From: Terriglobales bacterium
GTDB taxonomy: Bacteria; Acidobacteriota; Terriglobia; Terriglobales; Acidobacteriaceae
Direction: 5' to 3'
Assembly: GCA_024281115.1 (NCBI GenBank)
Contig: JAMXLI010000006.1
Location: 1 to 61,427, forward strand
Length of the DNA: 61,427 nt
The position numbers were made by a program, and so were the translations under genes. The notes under the pieces were generated by a model, which was not told the origin of the DNA, searched no databases, and worked only from the letters and a program-made list of their open reading frames with translations. Shown here one piece after another: positions 46,901 to 55,336 of this stretch. Numbering within the stretch: position 1 is the stretch's first letter; every line of letters starts with the position of its first letter.

Positions 46901-47142
46901 ATACCTTGATCGGCCCGGGACTGGCGACCTGGGATTTTTCGACCCTGAAAGACACTTGGTTGCGTGAACGGCTGAACCTGCAATTCCGCGCCGAAATTTT
47001 CAATCTGCTGAATCGGGCGAACTTCAATACGCCTAATCTCATTACGTTCACGCCCACCGGGGTATCGGGAACCGCTGGCGCGATCACCAGCACATCCACG
47101 ACCTCACGGCAAATACAGTTCGGGCTGAAAATGATCTGGTAA
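43930..47142 (+). CDS. TonB-dependent receptor with N-terminal carboxypeptidase-regulatory-like domain (second copy)
   Basis: 1070 aa. TTG start 8 nt after AGGAGG, then a signal peptide. Contains GVVSDQSGAAVSSAIVTA...GPYEVRAEKDGF and ends in a terminal aromatic (LKMIW). It is a paralogue of 11150..14323. Confidence 0.85.
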   Translation: MQRRRTIALGIACLLCLSGALVSAQVSAAISGVVSDQSGAAVSSAIVTATNLDTNESRSVVSGEAGTYRLLALPLGPYEVRAEKDGFAQSIRRGIRLVVGQEAKVDLRLAVGEVREQVEVTGDAPVVSVTTQDISGVVNERQVKNLPLNGRSYDLLVTLNPGIVNFTWEKTGGTGVSNSTTGNNFEVSGNRPQQNLFLLNGVEFTGAAENNMQPGGSSQELLGVEAVREFNVLRDTYGAEYGKRPGGQVVIATQSGSNQFHGSVYEFLRISALDAPNFFDQGSAPPFQRNQFGTAFGGPISKGNTFVFANYEGLRQHLHQTSAAFVPDAASRAAAAPSVRPLLNLWPVAPAGAPDFNGIAQVFSSPLQTIREDFGTLRLDHIISSGDSLSLTYTIDDGADVTATTVNPFSTDLLNLREQVFSLEETHAISTSTVNVARLGFSRAGYFFTGEPTPATPAAKVAGFLLGHQVGAVVVGGSAASNPQAQIGLAGSNNGSNLRIARNLYTLEDRVLLNRGKHQFTLGAWLQPFQSNETIALSQFGQATFASLDSFLQGKMSSFLFDASPSAMNWRSLFGAWYAQDAVRVLPNLTLSLGFRAESSTGWNEAHGRAANYTFTDGVISSQPRVGSSLFTVNHAIFLPEPRVGLAWSPLSSKTVIRAGFGVYNELQDALGYRTDQNAPFNPVYSISGLKVSSLPIDPAAPVSKTAKLVPGGVQPDLQTPTLISWSLRVQQELSPNTALTIGYVGSHGYHEIIGIDANEPLPTVCPASPCPTRFPSSFPGALANAPIPAGTFFIPAGRPKANPRLANTWTWFSRGDSNYNALQLDVNRRVSHGLSLRCVYTWSKALDDGDSLNGTAAANAPGLVSNPFDLHADYGLATYDVRHVAVISALYRLPFGRGQALANGLEGWRNQLVSGWSVNSIVTAQSGFPFTPQLSYNPSNNGDTRNPVRPFVNPAFTGPVILGKPGQWFDPNAFLAPPPNSGFYGNLGRDTLIGPGLATWDFSTLKDTWLRERLNLQFRAEIFNLLNRANFNTPNLITFTPTGVSGTAGAITSTSTTSRQIQFGLKMIW

Positions 47143-47460
47143 CACGAAGCGGTGTGGACCACTGGCCCCGCTAAGTCAATGCGCTGAGGTATGACTCAAG
47201 AGGAACGAGCGCGCCCGAAAAAGTGCGGGAAGCGCTCAATTGTGAGGGCTATCGCGTTAATGGGCAGTAGTTGCTGATGGGCGGCCCTGGCGTGCAGGAT
47301 CCTTGTTAGTAAGGGCCAACGATCAAGAGAAGATCCTGAATGAGGGTGCCGGCGCACAGCGCCTCTCCGGGTTAGCAGCGGGAGCCGGTGATGACTTCGG
47401 TCACCTTTTCGAACAGGGCTCGGCGGCCCTACCGTATCTTCGGGGCGGAGTGTGCCGGGC

Positions 47461-48435
47461 ATGTTACGAGCTACCACTTGGTTCGTCTTGGCAGTCTTCA
47501 TCGTGCTGCTCCACCTCTTTGTATCCTTCCTGGCGCCGAATAGTTACGGGCTGCACGTTTTTGGCGACGGGTTGCAGGCTGCACTCCTGCTTTGCTGTTA
47601 CGTCTTCACCCTTCCCAACCAAGTGGGACGGAATCGCGCCAGCGGCTTTTGGACGCTGGTGTCGGTGGGATTCGCTCTCTGGCTGTTGAACCAGGCTCTG
47701 TGGACGTTCTTCGAGGTCGTGTTGCAAAAGGCGCCCACGCCGGGGTTCTGGGGCGACATCGTTTTGTTTCTACACCCGATTCCGATGATCATGGCAGTGG
47801 TGGCGGGAGCGCGTTTTGGTCGTAAGACCATTCTCAGCGCTGTGAGTGTGATGGTGCTCTGGCTCTACCTGTACATTGTTTTTGTAGGCGCGTGGCAATA
47901 CGTGGTTTTCGACAATGAGGTGTACGGCCGCAACTTTAACGTGGTCTACGGCGGCGCGAATCTCAGCCTGGCTTTGCTCGCTGCCCTTCGTAGTTGCTTC
48001 ACACGCGGAAGGTGGCGCGGGGTGTTCCTCCACTTGCTGGGCGCGTCCTCGGTGTACGCCCTGGCTTCGTACCTCGCAAGTTCAGCTATCGACAATGGAG
48101 GCTACTACACCGGCAGCGTGTACGACGTTCCCCTGGTGTGCTCGCTCCTTTGGTTCGCCGCCACGCCTTTGGTCGGCATTAACATCGCACCCGGGGACGC
48201 GTGCGCGCCCATGGACAATCACTGGGAAAGGTGGCCTGTCTGCGGCGCTCTGGCCGCAGTCATTTGTGCCGGCGCGGCACTCAGCCTAACCTCCAAGGCG
48301 CCCCCACAAATTGCGGTGTTGCGCATCGTTGCGACTGTTGCGGCAGGCATAATCCTCAGCCTGCTCCTGATCGCGCTGCTTACGCTTGATGGAAAGAGCT
48401 TGCACGTGAGAAGCCCCAAGCTGTCCCAGTCGTGA
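47461..48435 (+). CDS. Polytopic membrane protein (about 8-9 TM), hypothetical
   Basis: Hydrophobic throughout, with no soluble domain or recognisable motif. An in-frame GTG at 47452 is also possible. Confidence 0.5.
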   Translation: MLRATTWFVLAVFIVLLHLFVSFLAPNSYGLHVFGDGLQAALLLCCYVFTLPNQVGRNRASGFWTLVSVGFALWLLNQALWTFFEVVLQKAPTPGFWGDIVLFLHPIPMIMAVVAGARFGRKTILSAVSVMVLWLYLYIVFVGAWQYVVFDNEVYGRNFNVVYGGANLSLALLAALRSCFTRGRWRGVFLHLLGASSVYALASYLASSAIDNGGYYTGSVYDVPLVCSLLWFAATPLVGINIAPGDACAPMDNHWERWPVCGALAAVICAGAALSLTSKAPPQIAVLRIVATVAAGIILSLLLIALLTLDGKSLHVRSPKLSQS

Positions 48436-48680
48436 CCGCTTGCCCGGGTAGGGGGGGATTTGACAATTCCACACGCCGGCCCACGCTTGCTGGCAACAAC
48501 GCACGGGAACCATCGTGACGCCAATTACGGGATTCAGCGCTGCCGGGCTGATGAGTGAAGTTCACCCTTGCGACATGCGACCGCTAAGCGCTCTCGCGAC
48601 GCAACCGGCCACACGAGCACTCTTGCTGAAACAACGTTTTCGGGCTGACCGCAATCAGGGAATGACAGGTTTACCGAGGC

Positions 48681-48716
48681 AAAAAAATCCGAGGCGCCTG
48701 GCACGGACGCCTCGGA
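48681..48716 (-). terminator. Rho-independent terminator for 48739..49848
   Basis: The minus strand reads TCCGAGGCG-(11-nt loop)-CGCCTCGGA followed by TTTTTTT, 22 nt after the stop codon. Confidence 0.7.
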
Positions 48717-48738
48717 CCAGCGAGCACACATTCGACGC

Positions 48739-49848
48739 TCAGTTACAGGGCGGCGGCGGGGAGGTTAACTTGGGCGGACTGATATAGGAATATTGCTGAT
48801 TCAATCCGATCGACGGTATCTGGTGTGCAAACCACGAGAAAAAGGCGATGTCCTGTGGGTGGTACACCTGGCCATTGAGAGTAACTGGGAAAACTGATGG
48901 ATTGAAGACCTCCAGCGGATCTCCCACTTCCAGAAGGTCCGAAGCGCAGGACGATGTGCTCGGATGCTTCCCGGGGAAACCCCAGGGTGGAACCACGTTG
49001 CCGATCAGCGGATCGTTCATCCACTCGGCGACCTCGTGACTGGTGATGGTGATATCCGCTACCCCACCGGCGAAAATGTTCGGGCTGCTGTAGGCAGTGT
49101 AGGTAAACGTCAGGACCTGGCCGGCTCCATTCGGTGTGGCGCTGTGGAAACCACCGATGCAGCAGTTGCTGGGAGTATTAATGTACTCGTAAACATCGCC
49201 CACCAGAAGAAACAGGAATTTTCCGGAGTTGAAGGACTGCGAGGCAAGCACATTGTTGAGCGCGGCACTTAGGTAATTGATATCGACCAAACCGATCGGC
49301 GTGCCATTCACGAGGGTGGTAAATCCCGAGGTAGAAGGCACGTGCAGAGTAATGGCCGATAGGACTTGGGGCGCGCCCAGCAGCACGTGATAATTGTTGC
49401 CATGGTTGCTGATTGGGCCGTGAAAGTTTGCCTGCTGGATTACATCGGCAAACTGACCAACCCCGCTGGGAAAGGTCGCGCTTTTGAAGATGGGCGAGTT
49501 GGCCAGCGGCTTAACCTTGCTTGTACCGTCAATGACCACCCCATCTGAGAATACGATTTTCAGGGGCAGGATAATGGTGCCCACTGTGGTTGTGCCCGGG
49601 CCTACAAAGGGACTGGTACCCACCATCGTGTAGGGATATTTGGCGCCGGCAAACGTGAACGAGCTCGACCAGTGCGCCACCGTCGCTACATTGCTCGTCG
49701 CCGCGGCAGCGCCCGCGGAGGGACTCAATGGGAAAGCCTTGTAATACGGACCTGGCAGATACTGTGGTCCCGCCCCGAATGCAGGTATTGCCAAGCAGGC
49801 GATGAGGCTGGACGCAATCAGCAACAGAAACCGTCGTAAATGCACCAT
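48739..49848 (-). CDS. Secreted protein of unknown function
   Basis: Signal peptide MVHLRRFLLLIASSLIACLAIPAFGA. Ser/Thr/Gly/Pro-rich and beta-type in composition. Contains a SHEVAEWMNDP segment and ends PPPPCN. The gene is low in GC. The track ORF starts at 49968. Confidence 0.55.
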   Translation of the reverse strand: MVHLRRFLLLIASSLIACLAIPAFGAGPQYLPGPYYKAFPLSPSAGAAAATSNVATVAHWSSSFTFAGAKYPYTMVGTSPFVGPGTTTVGTIILPLKIVFSDGVVIDGTSKVKPLANSPIFKSATFPSGVGQFADVIQQANFHGPISNHGNNYHVLLGAPQVLSAITLHVPSTSGFTTLVNGTPIGLVDINYLSAALNNVLASQSFNSGKFLFLLVGDVYEYINTPSNCCIGGFHSATPNGAGQVLTFTYTAYSSPNIFAGGVADITITSHEVAEWMNDPLIGNVVPPWGFPGKHPSTSSCASDLLEVGDPLEVFNPSVFPVTLNGQVYHPQDIAFFSWFAHQIPSIGLNQQYSYISPPKLTSPPPPCN

Positions 49849-50237
49849 AACGTTTCCCTCGTGGGAAAAACTGTTCATCCCAAGGGGAAGAAGTGTCCTG
49901 ATTTTTGGAATTCGCGTCAAGTGTGAAATTCTGCGCTCTTCAGCCATGACCCGGCTCCGGCTGGGCATGGTATTGAGGGAGGATGCGGAACCAAACGGTC
50001 GAACCGGTTGGAACCGTCAGCGAGGGCCACATGCGGCCCATTGGCTTCAGCTTTTTCGCGGCGGTTTAGGGGAAATTGCTGATTGAAGGGCTCCGCACAA
50101 CCCCCTATAGTTACCCGAGTTTGATGGGGCTCAGCGAAGCTTCACCGCCTCGCCTTCTGCCCCGTTGGTCTCCAGCCTGCAAGTAGTTCGGCAGCGGAGT
50201 GTCTGCAGAGCCGCTGATTTACCTTTGGAGGGCGGCT

Positions 50238-51992
50238 TTGCGCACACGTATAGCCCCATGGGGCTGTTCTCTGCTCGTTCTCGTTTGTTGCCTGACCGGT
50301 GTAAGTCCCGCTGCAACCACCATCTACTCACCTCATGGAGTCACCACGATTCCGCATACGTATTTCGGAATCCACGGCTGGGGCTTCGAGAGCGGCCACA
50401 CCCCGTGGCCGCTTGCCTTGATCGGCGCGTATCGGACCTGGGATTCGGGAGCGGTGTGGAGTTCGATGGAACTCTCGCGCGGAAACTACGATTGGTCGAA
50501 GCTCGATTCGATTGTGGAATACATGCAAGGCAAGGGGGTGGACTTGCTGTTCACCTTCGGACGAACTCCGCAATGGGCGTCATCCAGCCCGGCGCAGAAC
50601 TGCGCCGGCGGACCGGGGCAATGCGCGCCGCCGTCGGATTTCAACGACTGGGCAACTTTTGTGCAGGCGATTGCCAGCCGCTACAAGGGAAGAATCAAGT
50701 ACTACGAGCTCTGGAACGAGCCCGATGCGGAGAGGTTCTGGACCGGAACCACGGTGCAGTTGGTACAGATGGCCAAGCTCGCCTACCCCATCATCAAACA
50801 GGCGGACCCGGCCGCCCAGGTGCTTACGCCGGCGCCGCAGGGGGTGAACGGATACCTCTGGATGGAGGGCTATTTTGCCGCTGGTGGCCAGCAGTATGCC
50901 GATACCGTGGCTTTTCACGGCTATCCCGGGTACGACGGCCAGAATCGCGCAAATGCCCCGGAAACCTGGATCAAGATCCTGCTCAATATGAACTCCGCCC
51001 TGGCGTACTACAACGTGCACAAGCCGTTGTGGGACACAGAATTCAGCTGGGAGTTCAACGATCGACTGGCCGATCCCACGCAGCAGGCGGCATTCGTGGC
51101 GCGAATGTACGTTCTGCATTGGCTGTATGGAGTGGACCGTGCCTACTGGGATATGTGGGACGGTTCGACGGGGACGTTGTGGATGGGGCAGGAAACTCCA
51201 GCGGGCACAGCTTACGAGGTCATGACACGCTGGCTAGCGGGCGCATCGCTGGATACCTGCAAGCACGACGACCAGGGTACATGGACCTGCCACCTGGCGC
51301 GGGCGAACGGGCTTCAGAGTTGGATCCTGTGGAACGTTAATGGTCCCGCCGAGGTGCAGCCGGACGGCGACTGGGCCTTGCACACGGAATACGATCTGGC
51401 GGGCCGCAACCACGAAATTTCCGCCAGCGCTCCGGTGGAGATATCCACCTTGCCGGTAATGGTGGAGGGCGCTCCCGCTTCCACGGGACCTGATTTTTAT
51501 CTGGCCGTGTCGCCCAATTCGGCGCTGATTACAGGAAACGGTTCGGCGGAATTCAAGGTGACCCTCACGCCAACCGCCGGCTTCCACCAGAGCGTAAACC
51601 TGAGCTGCACCGGAGGGCCTACGACTCAGAGTTGCGCGGTGTCACCCCCGACTGTGGCAATGAACGGCACGTCGCCGATGACCGTCATTTATACGGTAAC
51701 GTCCTCGAGCGCATTTGCGAAAGCAATGGCGCCGCTGTCGGCTCCATTTGCCGCCAGCGTGCTCGGCTTGCTGCTGGTTCCAGGCAGTTTTCCCAGGCAA
51801 CGCTTCATTCTACGGTTTGGCCTGGGCGTGATGCTGGTTGCGTTGCTGTTGCTCGGCGCGTGTGGAGGCAACCCCACCCGTGCCCAGAAGTCCAGCGGCG
51901 ACATTCCCACCGTGGGCTCCTACACGCTGACGCTGGCTGCCGGGGCGGGCAAGATCAGCCACGGAACCTATGTAACCCTTGACGTGCAGTGA
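50238..51992 (+). CDS. Secreted clan GH-A (beta/alpha)8 glycoside hydrolase with C-terminal Ig-like region
   Basis: YYELWNEPD (acid/base NEP motif) and WDTEFSW (nucleophile-like). A TTG at 50238 sits 6 nt after GGAGG and yields the signal peptide MRTRIAPWGCSLLVLVCCLTGVSPA. The track start is 50199. Confidence 0.7.
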   Translation: MRTRIAPWGCSLLVLVCCLTGVSPAATTIYSPHGVTTIPHTYFGIHGWGFESGHTPWPLALIGAYRTWDSGAVWSSMELSRGNYDWSKLDSIVEYMQGKGVDLLFTFGRTPQWASSSPAQNCAGGPGQCAPPSDFNDWATFVQAIASRYKGRIKYYELWNEPDAERFWTGTTVQLVQMAKLAYPIIKQADPAAQVLTPAPQGVNGYLWMEGYFAAGGQQYADTVAFHGYPGYDGQNRANAPETWIKILLNMNSALAYYNVHKPLWDTEFSWEFNDRLADPTQQAAFVARMYVLHWLYGVDRAYWDMWDGSTGTLWMGQETPAGTAYEVMTRWLAGASLDTCKHDDQGTWTCHLARANGLQSWILWNVNGPAEVQPDGDWALHTEYDLAGRNHEISASAPVEISTLPVMVEGAPASTGPDFYLAVSPNSALITGNGSAEFKVTLTPTAGFHQSVNLSCTGGPTTQSCAVSPPTVAMNGTSPMTVIYTVTSSSAFAKAMAPLSAPFAASVLGLLLVPGSFPRQRFILRFGLGVMLVALLLLGACGGNPTRAQKSSGDIPTVGSYTLTLAAGAGKISHGTYVTLDVQ

Positions 51993-52022
51993 AGTAGAAA
52001 CCGTTCTCGGCCGGTCATCTGC

Positions 52023-53207
52023 TCAGGGCTGAGAACACGTTTCTTGCAGCGTTCCGGGCTGATACTCTGCACCAGCCCGGGAGGCAGCGAAGATGTAATA
52101 GCCAAGCACTCCAGCGGCGCACACGGTCATGCCGGCGGCATCCCCATAGCGCAGCACGAAACCCAAGGAAGCCGCGAAGTTGCCGAGAAGCCAGGCCGCG
52201 GCCGGCTTGCGCATCAGCGGGAGCGAGGTACACTGCACGGCGACCGGCAGCAGCGCAACCAGCAGCACCACTTCATCAAAGGGCCATCCGTACGCGGCGG
52301 TGAGTACGGAAACAGTTACCAGCAGGGGCAAGCGATCGCTCCAATGCCACGCCAGCCGGTATTTGCGCCAGTACCAGGCCAGCGCCGCCAGGCCAGGTAA
52401 CATAGGCAAAAACTGGAGCGCGTGGCTCTGATCTTGCAGCAAGCCCCTTAACACGCCTCCCAAGCCGGAGTTGTACTTCCAAACATAGTCGCTACGCACC
52501 AGGGTTGCGTATTGTGAAAGCGCGGCCGGATCGAGGAGCAGGGCCACGGCCATCCCGATGCCGATGGCGGCGGCTGCTCCCAACAGCACTCGGAACCCAC
52601 GCCGCTGAACGCTCCACAGCAGGAGCGCCAGCCAGACTAAATAGAAGAGGTGGGGCTTGAAGGTGGTGAGCGCGAGGGCAGCGCCGGCCAAGAATAAATG
52701 CCCGCGCCGTTCCAGCCAGAGGAAGCCGACGATCCCCAGCAGCAAAAGCGGTCCGATCTGAGCGACCGCCAGGCAGTGCCAGACGGGAAAAAACAGCGCG
52801 GCGACCCCCACGGAGATCCACTTCTGGCGTTCGCAGCCCCCATAAAGACGCCACAAAGCGAAGCATTCCAGCACGAACATCCCCGCACTGACGACCAACC
52901 AAAGCAACCGGGCCAGGGAGTAGGAATGCAGGAGAGCCAGGGGCATCAGCAATGGCAGGAAGTGCGGTGGCGACATGACCACCAGCGGTTCGGGCTCGCT
53001 CCATCCCAAAGCGCGCTGGAGTGGCAGCATGTCCGCAACCGAATAGGGATTGTGGTGGGAGGCCAGAGCGTGGGCGGCGGTCCAGTACTCGACAAAATCG
53101 TGCAAGGGAACATAGCGAAAGAACAACGCCGTTATGGCGACAGCTCCCGCCGCGGCGAGCACATGACGTGCCCGCATCCTTGGCCGCATCTGGGCTTGGA
53201 TGCGCAT
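52023..53207 (-). CDS. GT87/DUF2029-like polytopic glycosyltransferase
   Basis: DFVEYWTAAHALASHHNPYS at the N-terminus, TFKPH, and ~10 TM helices. Confidence 0.7.
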   Translation of the reverse strand: MRIQAQMRPRMRARHVLAAAGAVAITALFFRYVPLHDFVEYWTAAHALASHHNPYSVADMLPLQRALGWSEPEPLVVMSPPHFLPLLMPLALLHSYSLARLLWLVVSAGMFVLECFALWRLYGGCERQKWISVGVAALFFPVWHCLAVAQIGPLLLLGIVGFLWLERRGHLFLAGAALALTTFKPHLFYLVWLALLLWSVQRRGFRVLLGAAAAIGIGMAVALLLDPAALSQYATLVRSDYVWKYNSGLGGVLRGLLQDQSHALQFLPMLPGLAALAWYWRKYRLAWHWSDRLPLLVTVSVLTAAYGWPFDEVVLLVALLPVAVQCTSLPLMRKPAAAWLLGNFAASLGFVLRYGDAAGMTVCAAGVLGYYIFAASRAGAEYQPGTLQETCSQP

Positions 53208-53305
53208 TTCACGCGTTGGTGGCAGTTGCAGGCTCTCTCGGGGCCGTTCCCGGTTGACGGGAAGCCGGACCCCACGTATTTTTTTCGCCGTCGGCGAGGA
53301 GGGTG

Positions 53306-53716
53306 ATGACCAACATTGCCAAGCTGCGCGAATTCGCCCGTCGCTATACGGCGGCCTGGTGCAGCGGACAGCCGGAGCGCGTGGCCGAATTTTATGCGCC
53401 CGAGGGCTCGCTGGCCATCAACGGCGGCCCGCCCTCGGTGGGCCGAGCCGCCATCGCCCAGGCGGCGCGTGGGTTCATGGAAGCGTTTCCAGATCTGAGT
53501 GTCCGCATGGATGACGTGATGGTGCAGAAGGGCCGGATTGAATATCACTGGACGCTGACCGGAACCAATCGCGGGCCTGGCGCGTCGGGGAAGCAGGTGC
53601 GCATCTGCGGCTTCGAGTCCTGGATCCTCAGCGACGGCCGGCTGATTTCAAAGTCCGAAGGCACGTTCGATGCCACCGAGTACCAGCGCCAGCTCGAATC
53701 GGGTTACGGTGGCTAA
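53306..53716 (+). CDS. SnoaL-like / NTF2-fold protein (ester cyclase-like)
   Basis: About 136 aa with YTAAWCSGQPERVAEFYAPEGSLAING...FMEAFPDL...YHWTLTGTN. Confidence 0.7.
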   Translation: MTNIAKLREFARRYTAAWCSGQPERVAEFYAPEGSLAINGGPPSVGRAAIAQAARGFMEAFPDLSVRMDDVMVQKGRIEYHWTLTGTNRGPGASGKQVRICGFESWILSDGRLISKSEGTFDATEYQRQLESGYGG

Positions 53717-53861
53717 GATACAAACTGAAGCACAAGCGAGGATTATCGAGCCAGTTTTCCGAAACGGCCGCCGCTGCTAGGGAAGCGACAACGCATCGCC
53801 AAGACGAGTTCACCCGCGACAGCCAGCCGCCAGCCACGTACACTGTTTCGGGATTTCGAGC

Positions 53862-54494
53862 ATGAGGGCCCTTCTGCAGCGAGCGGGGAGTCGTTCTGGG
53901 CGGGGAATTACTTTCTGGTTCCGGCATTTGGGCGTGTTTGGCCTGTTCCTGCTCGCGATCCTCGACAGCTCTCCTATTCCCACATTTGGCGGCCCAGACA
54001 TTCTGCTGGCCATTTTGGCGGCGACTCACCGCAGCCCCTGGTACCTGTGCGCTGGGGCAGCCACTGCGGGTTCGGTGCTGGGCGCCTTTCTCACCTTCCG
54101 TCTGGCGCGCCATGCAGGCTCCACATATGTAGAAAAGAAGTTCAAGCGGGGGAATGTCCGCGCGATGCTGCGCTTGTTCCGCGAACATGGCACGGGGACG
54201 CTGATTGCGTCCTCGGCGGTGCCTTTTCCTTTTCCCACCAGCGTAGTCTTCGCGGCAGCCGGCGCCTCGAAGTACAAGACCGCGAAGTACCTGGCCGTAG
54301 TCACGGCCGCGCGCGCCGCCCGCTACACCATCATTGCGCTGGCGGCGGAGCACTACGGGCGTCATCTGATTCGCGTACTGCGCCATCCCACGCAATATTG
54401 GGGCTGGTTGCTGCTGTTCGCCTTGCTCATCTTCCTGCTGATCGGGGGAAGCGTCGTGGTGAGCCGCCGTTGGGACCCTTCGACCGCCGGATGA
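53862..54494 (+). CDS. DedA/VTT (YqaA-like) family membrane protein
   Basis: FGLFLLAILDSSPIPTFGGPDILLAILA...PFPFPTSVVFAAAGASKY pattern. Confidence 0.65.
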   Translation: MRALLQRAGSRSGRGITFWFRHLGVFGLFLLAILDSSPIPTFGGPDILLAILAATHRSPWYLCAGAATAGSVLGAFLTFRLARHAGSTYVEKKFKRGNVRAMLRLFREHGTGTLIASSAVPFPFPTSVVFAAAGASKYKTAKYLAVVTAARAARYTIIALAAEHYGRHLIRVLRHPTQYWGWLLLFALLIFLLIGGSVVVSRRWDPSTAG

Positions 54495-54642
54495 GGTAAG
54501 TCGTGGCACGCGCTATGTGGGCGAGAGAAGGACTCCTGCGGCCCACGGAGCCTGGCGTTGTAAACAAATTTTTACAAAACTTTCAACCCGCCCGCATTGA
54601 CAGCTCGTTGAGCCTGTTTTTAAATCGCCGAAGGAGGAAATC

Positions 54643-55137
54643 ATGGCACCTACAACGAAGCCCATTCCCGAGGGGCATCATAGCGTGACGCCGCACCTGG
54701 TGGTGCGCAATGCCGCCCAAGCGATTGAGTTTTACAAAAAGGCATTCGGCGCGCAGGAACTTATGCGCATGGAGGGTCCGGGCGGGAAAATCGGGCACGC
54801 TGAAATCAAGATCGGCGATTCCGTCATTTTTCTTGCCGACGAATTTCCCCAGGCGCCCTGCAAGTCTCCCCAGAGCCTGGGCTCCACCACCTGCACCTTG
54901 AACCTTTACCTGGAGAATGTGGACAAAACCTATGACACGGCAGTGAAGGCGGGCGGCAAGGTGGCCATGCCCCTGGCCGACATGTTCTGGGGCGACCGCT
55001 ATGGCCAGATCACCGATCCTTTTGGGCATGTCTGGGGGCTGGCCACGCATATCGAGGACGTGAGCCCACAGGAGATGGAGAAACGCGCCAAGGCTTTCTG
55101 GGAGAGCATGGCGCAACACCATGCCAAGTCGGCCTGA
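54643..55137 (+). CDS. VOC (glyoxalase/PhnB-like) family protein
   Basis: VTPHLVVRNAAQAIEFYKKAFGA...GHAEIKIGDSVIFLADEFP...MFWGDRYGQITDPFGHVWGLATH. Confidence 0.85.
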   Translation: MAPTTKPIPEGHHSVTPHLVVRNAAQAIEFYKKAFGAQELMRMEGPGGKIGHAEIKIGDSVIFLADEFPQAPCKSPQSLGSTTCTLNLYLENVDKTYDTAVKAGGKVAMPLADMFWGDRYGQITDPFGHVWGLATHIEDVSPQEMEKRAKAFWESMAQHHAKSA

Positions 55138-55162
55138 CTGGCCAGGCGGAACTTAGACATCC

Positions 55163-55189
55163 AGCGGGGGCTTTCAGCTCCCGCTTTTT
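55163..55189 (+). terminator. Rho-independent terminator
   Basis: AGCGGGGGCT-TTC-AGCTCCCGCT (one mismatch) running into TTTTT. Confidence 0.55.
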
Positions 55190-55336
55190 GTTGTGCCAGG
55201 CAAAATTTTTGGTTCGCGGGCGCGTATTACCGTATCAGTTACAAGGGCAGCGATGGGCAAGCGATCCTGTCGTCTAAAATGGGGTACTCGGCCTGGGGAA
55301 CCTAGCGCCATCCTTGAGGGGCAGCGGCACAATCTT

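Noticed and set aside
47196-47501. 101-aa minus-strand ORF between the receptor and the membrane protein
   Set aside because: It has Arg/Pro/His-rich composition, no RBS, and it overlaps the start of the plus-strand membrane gene.
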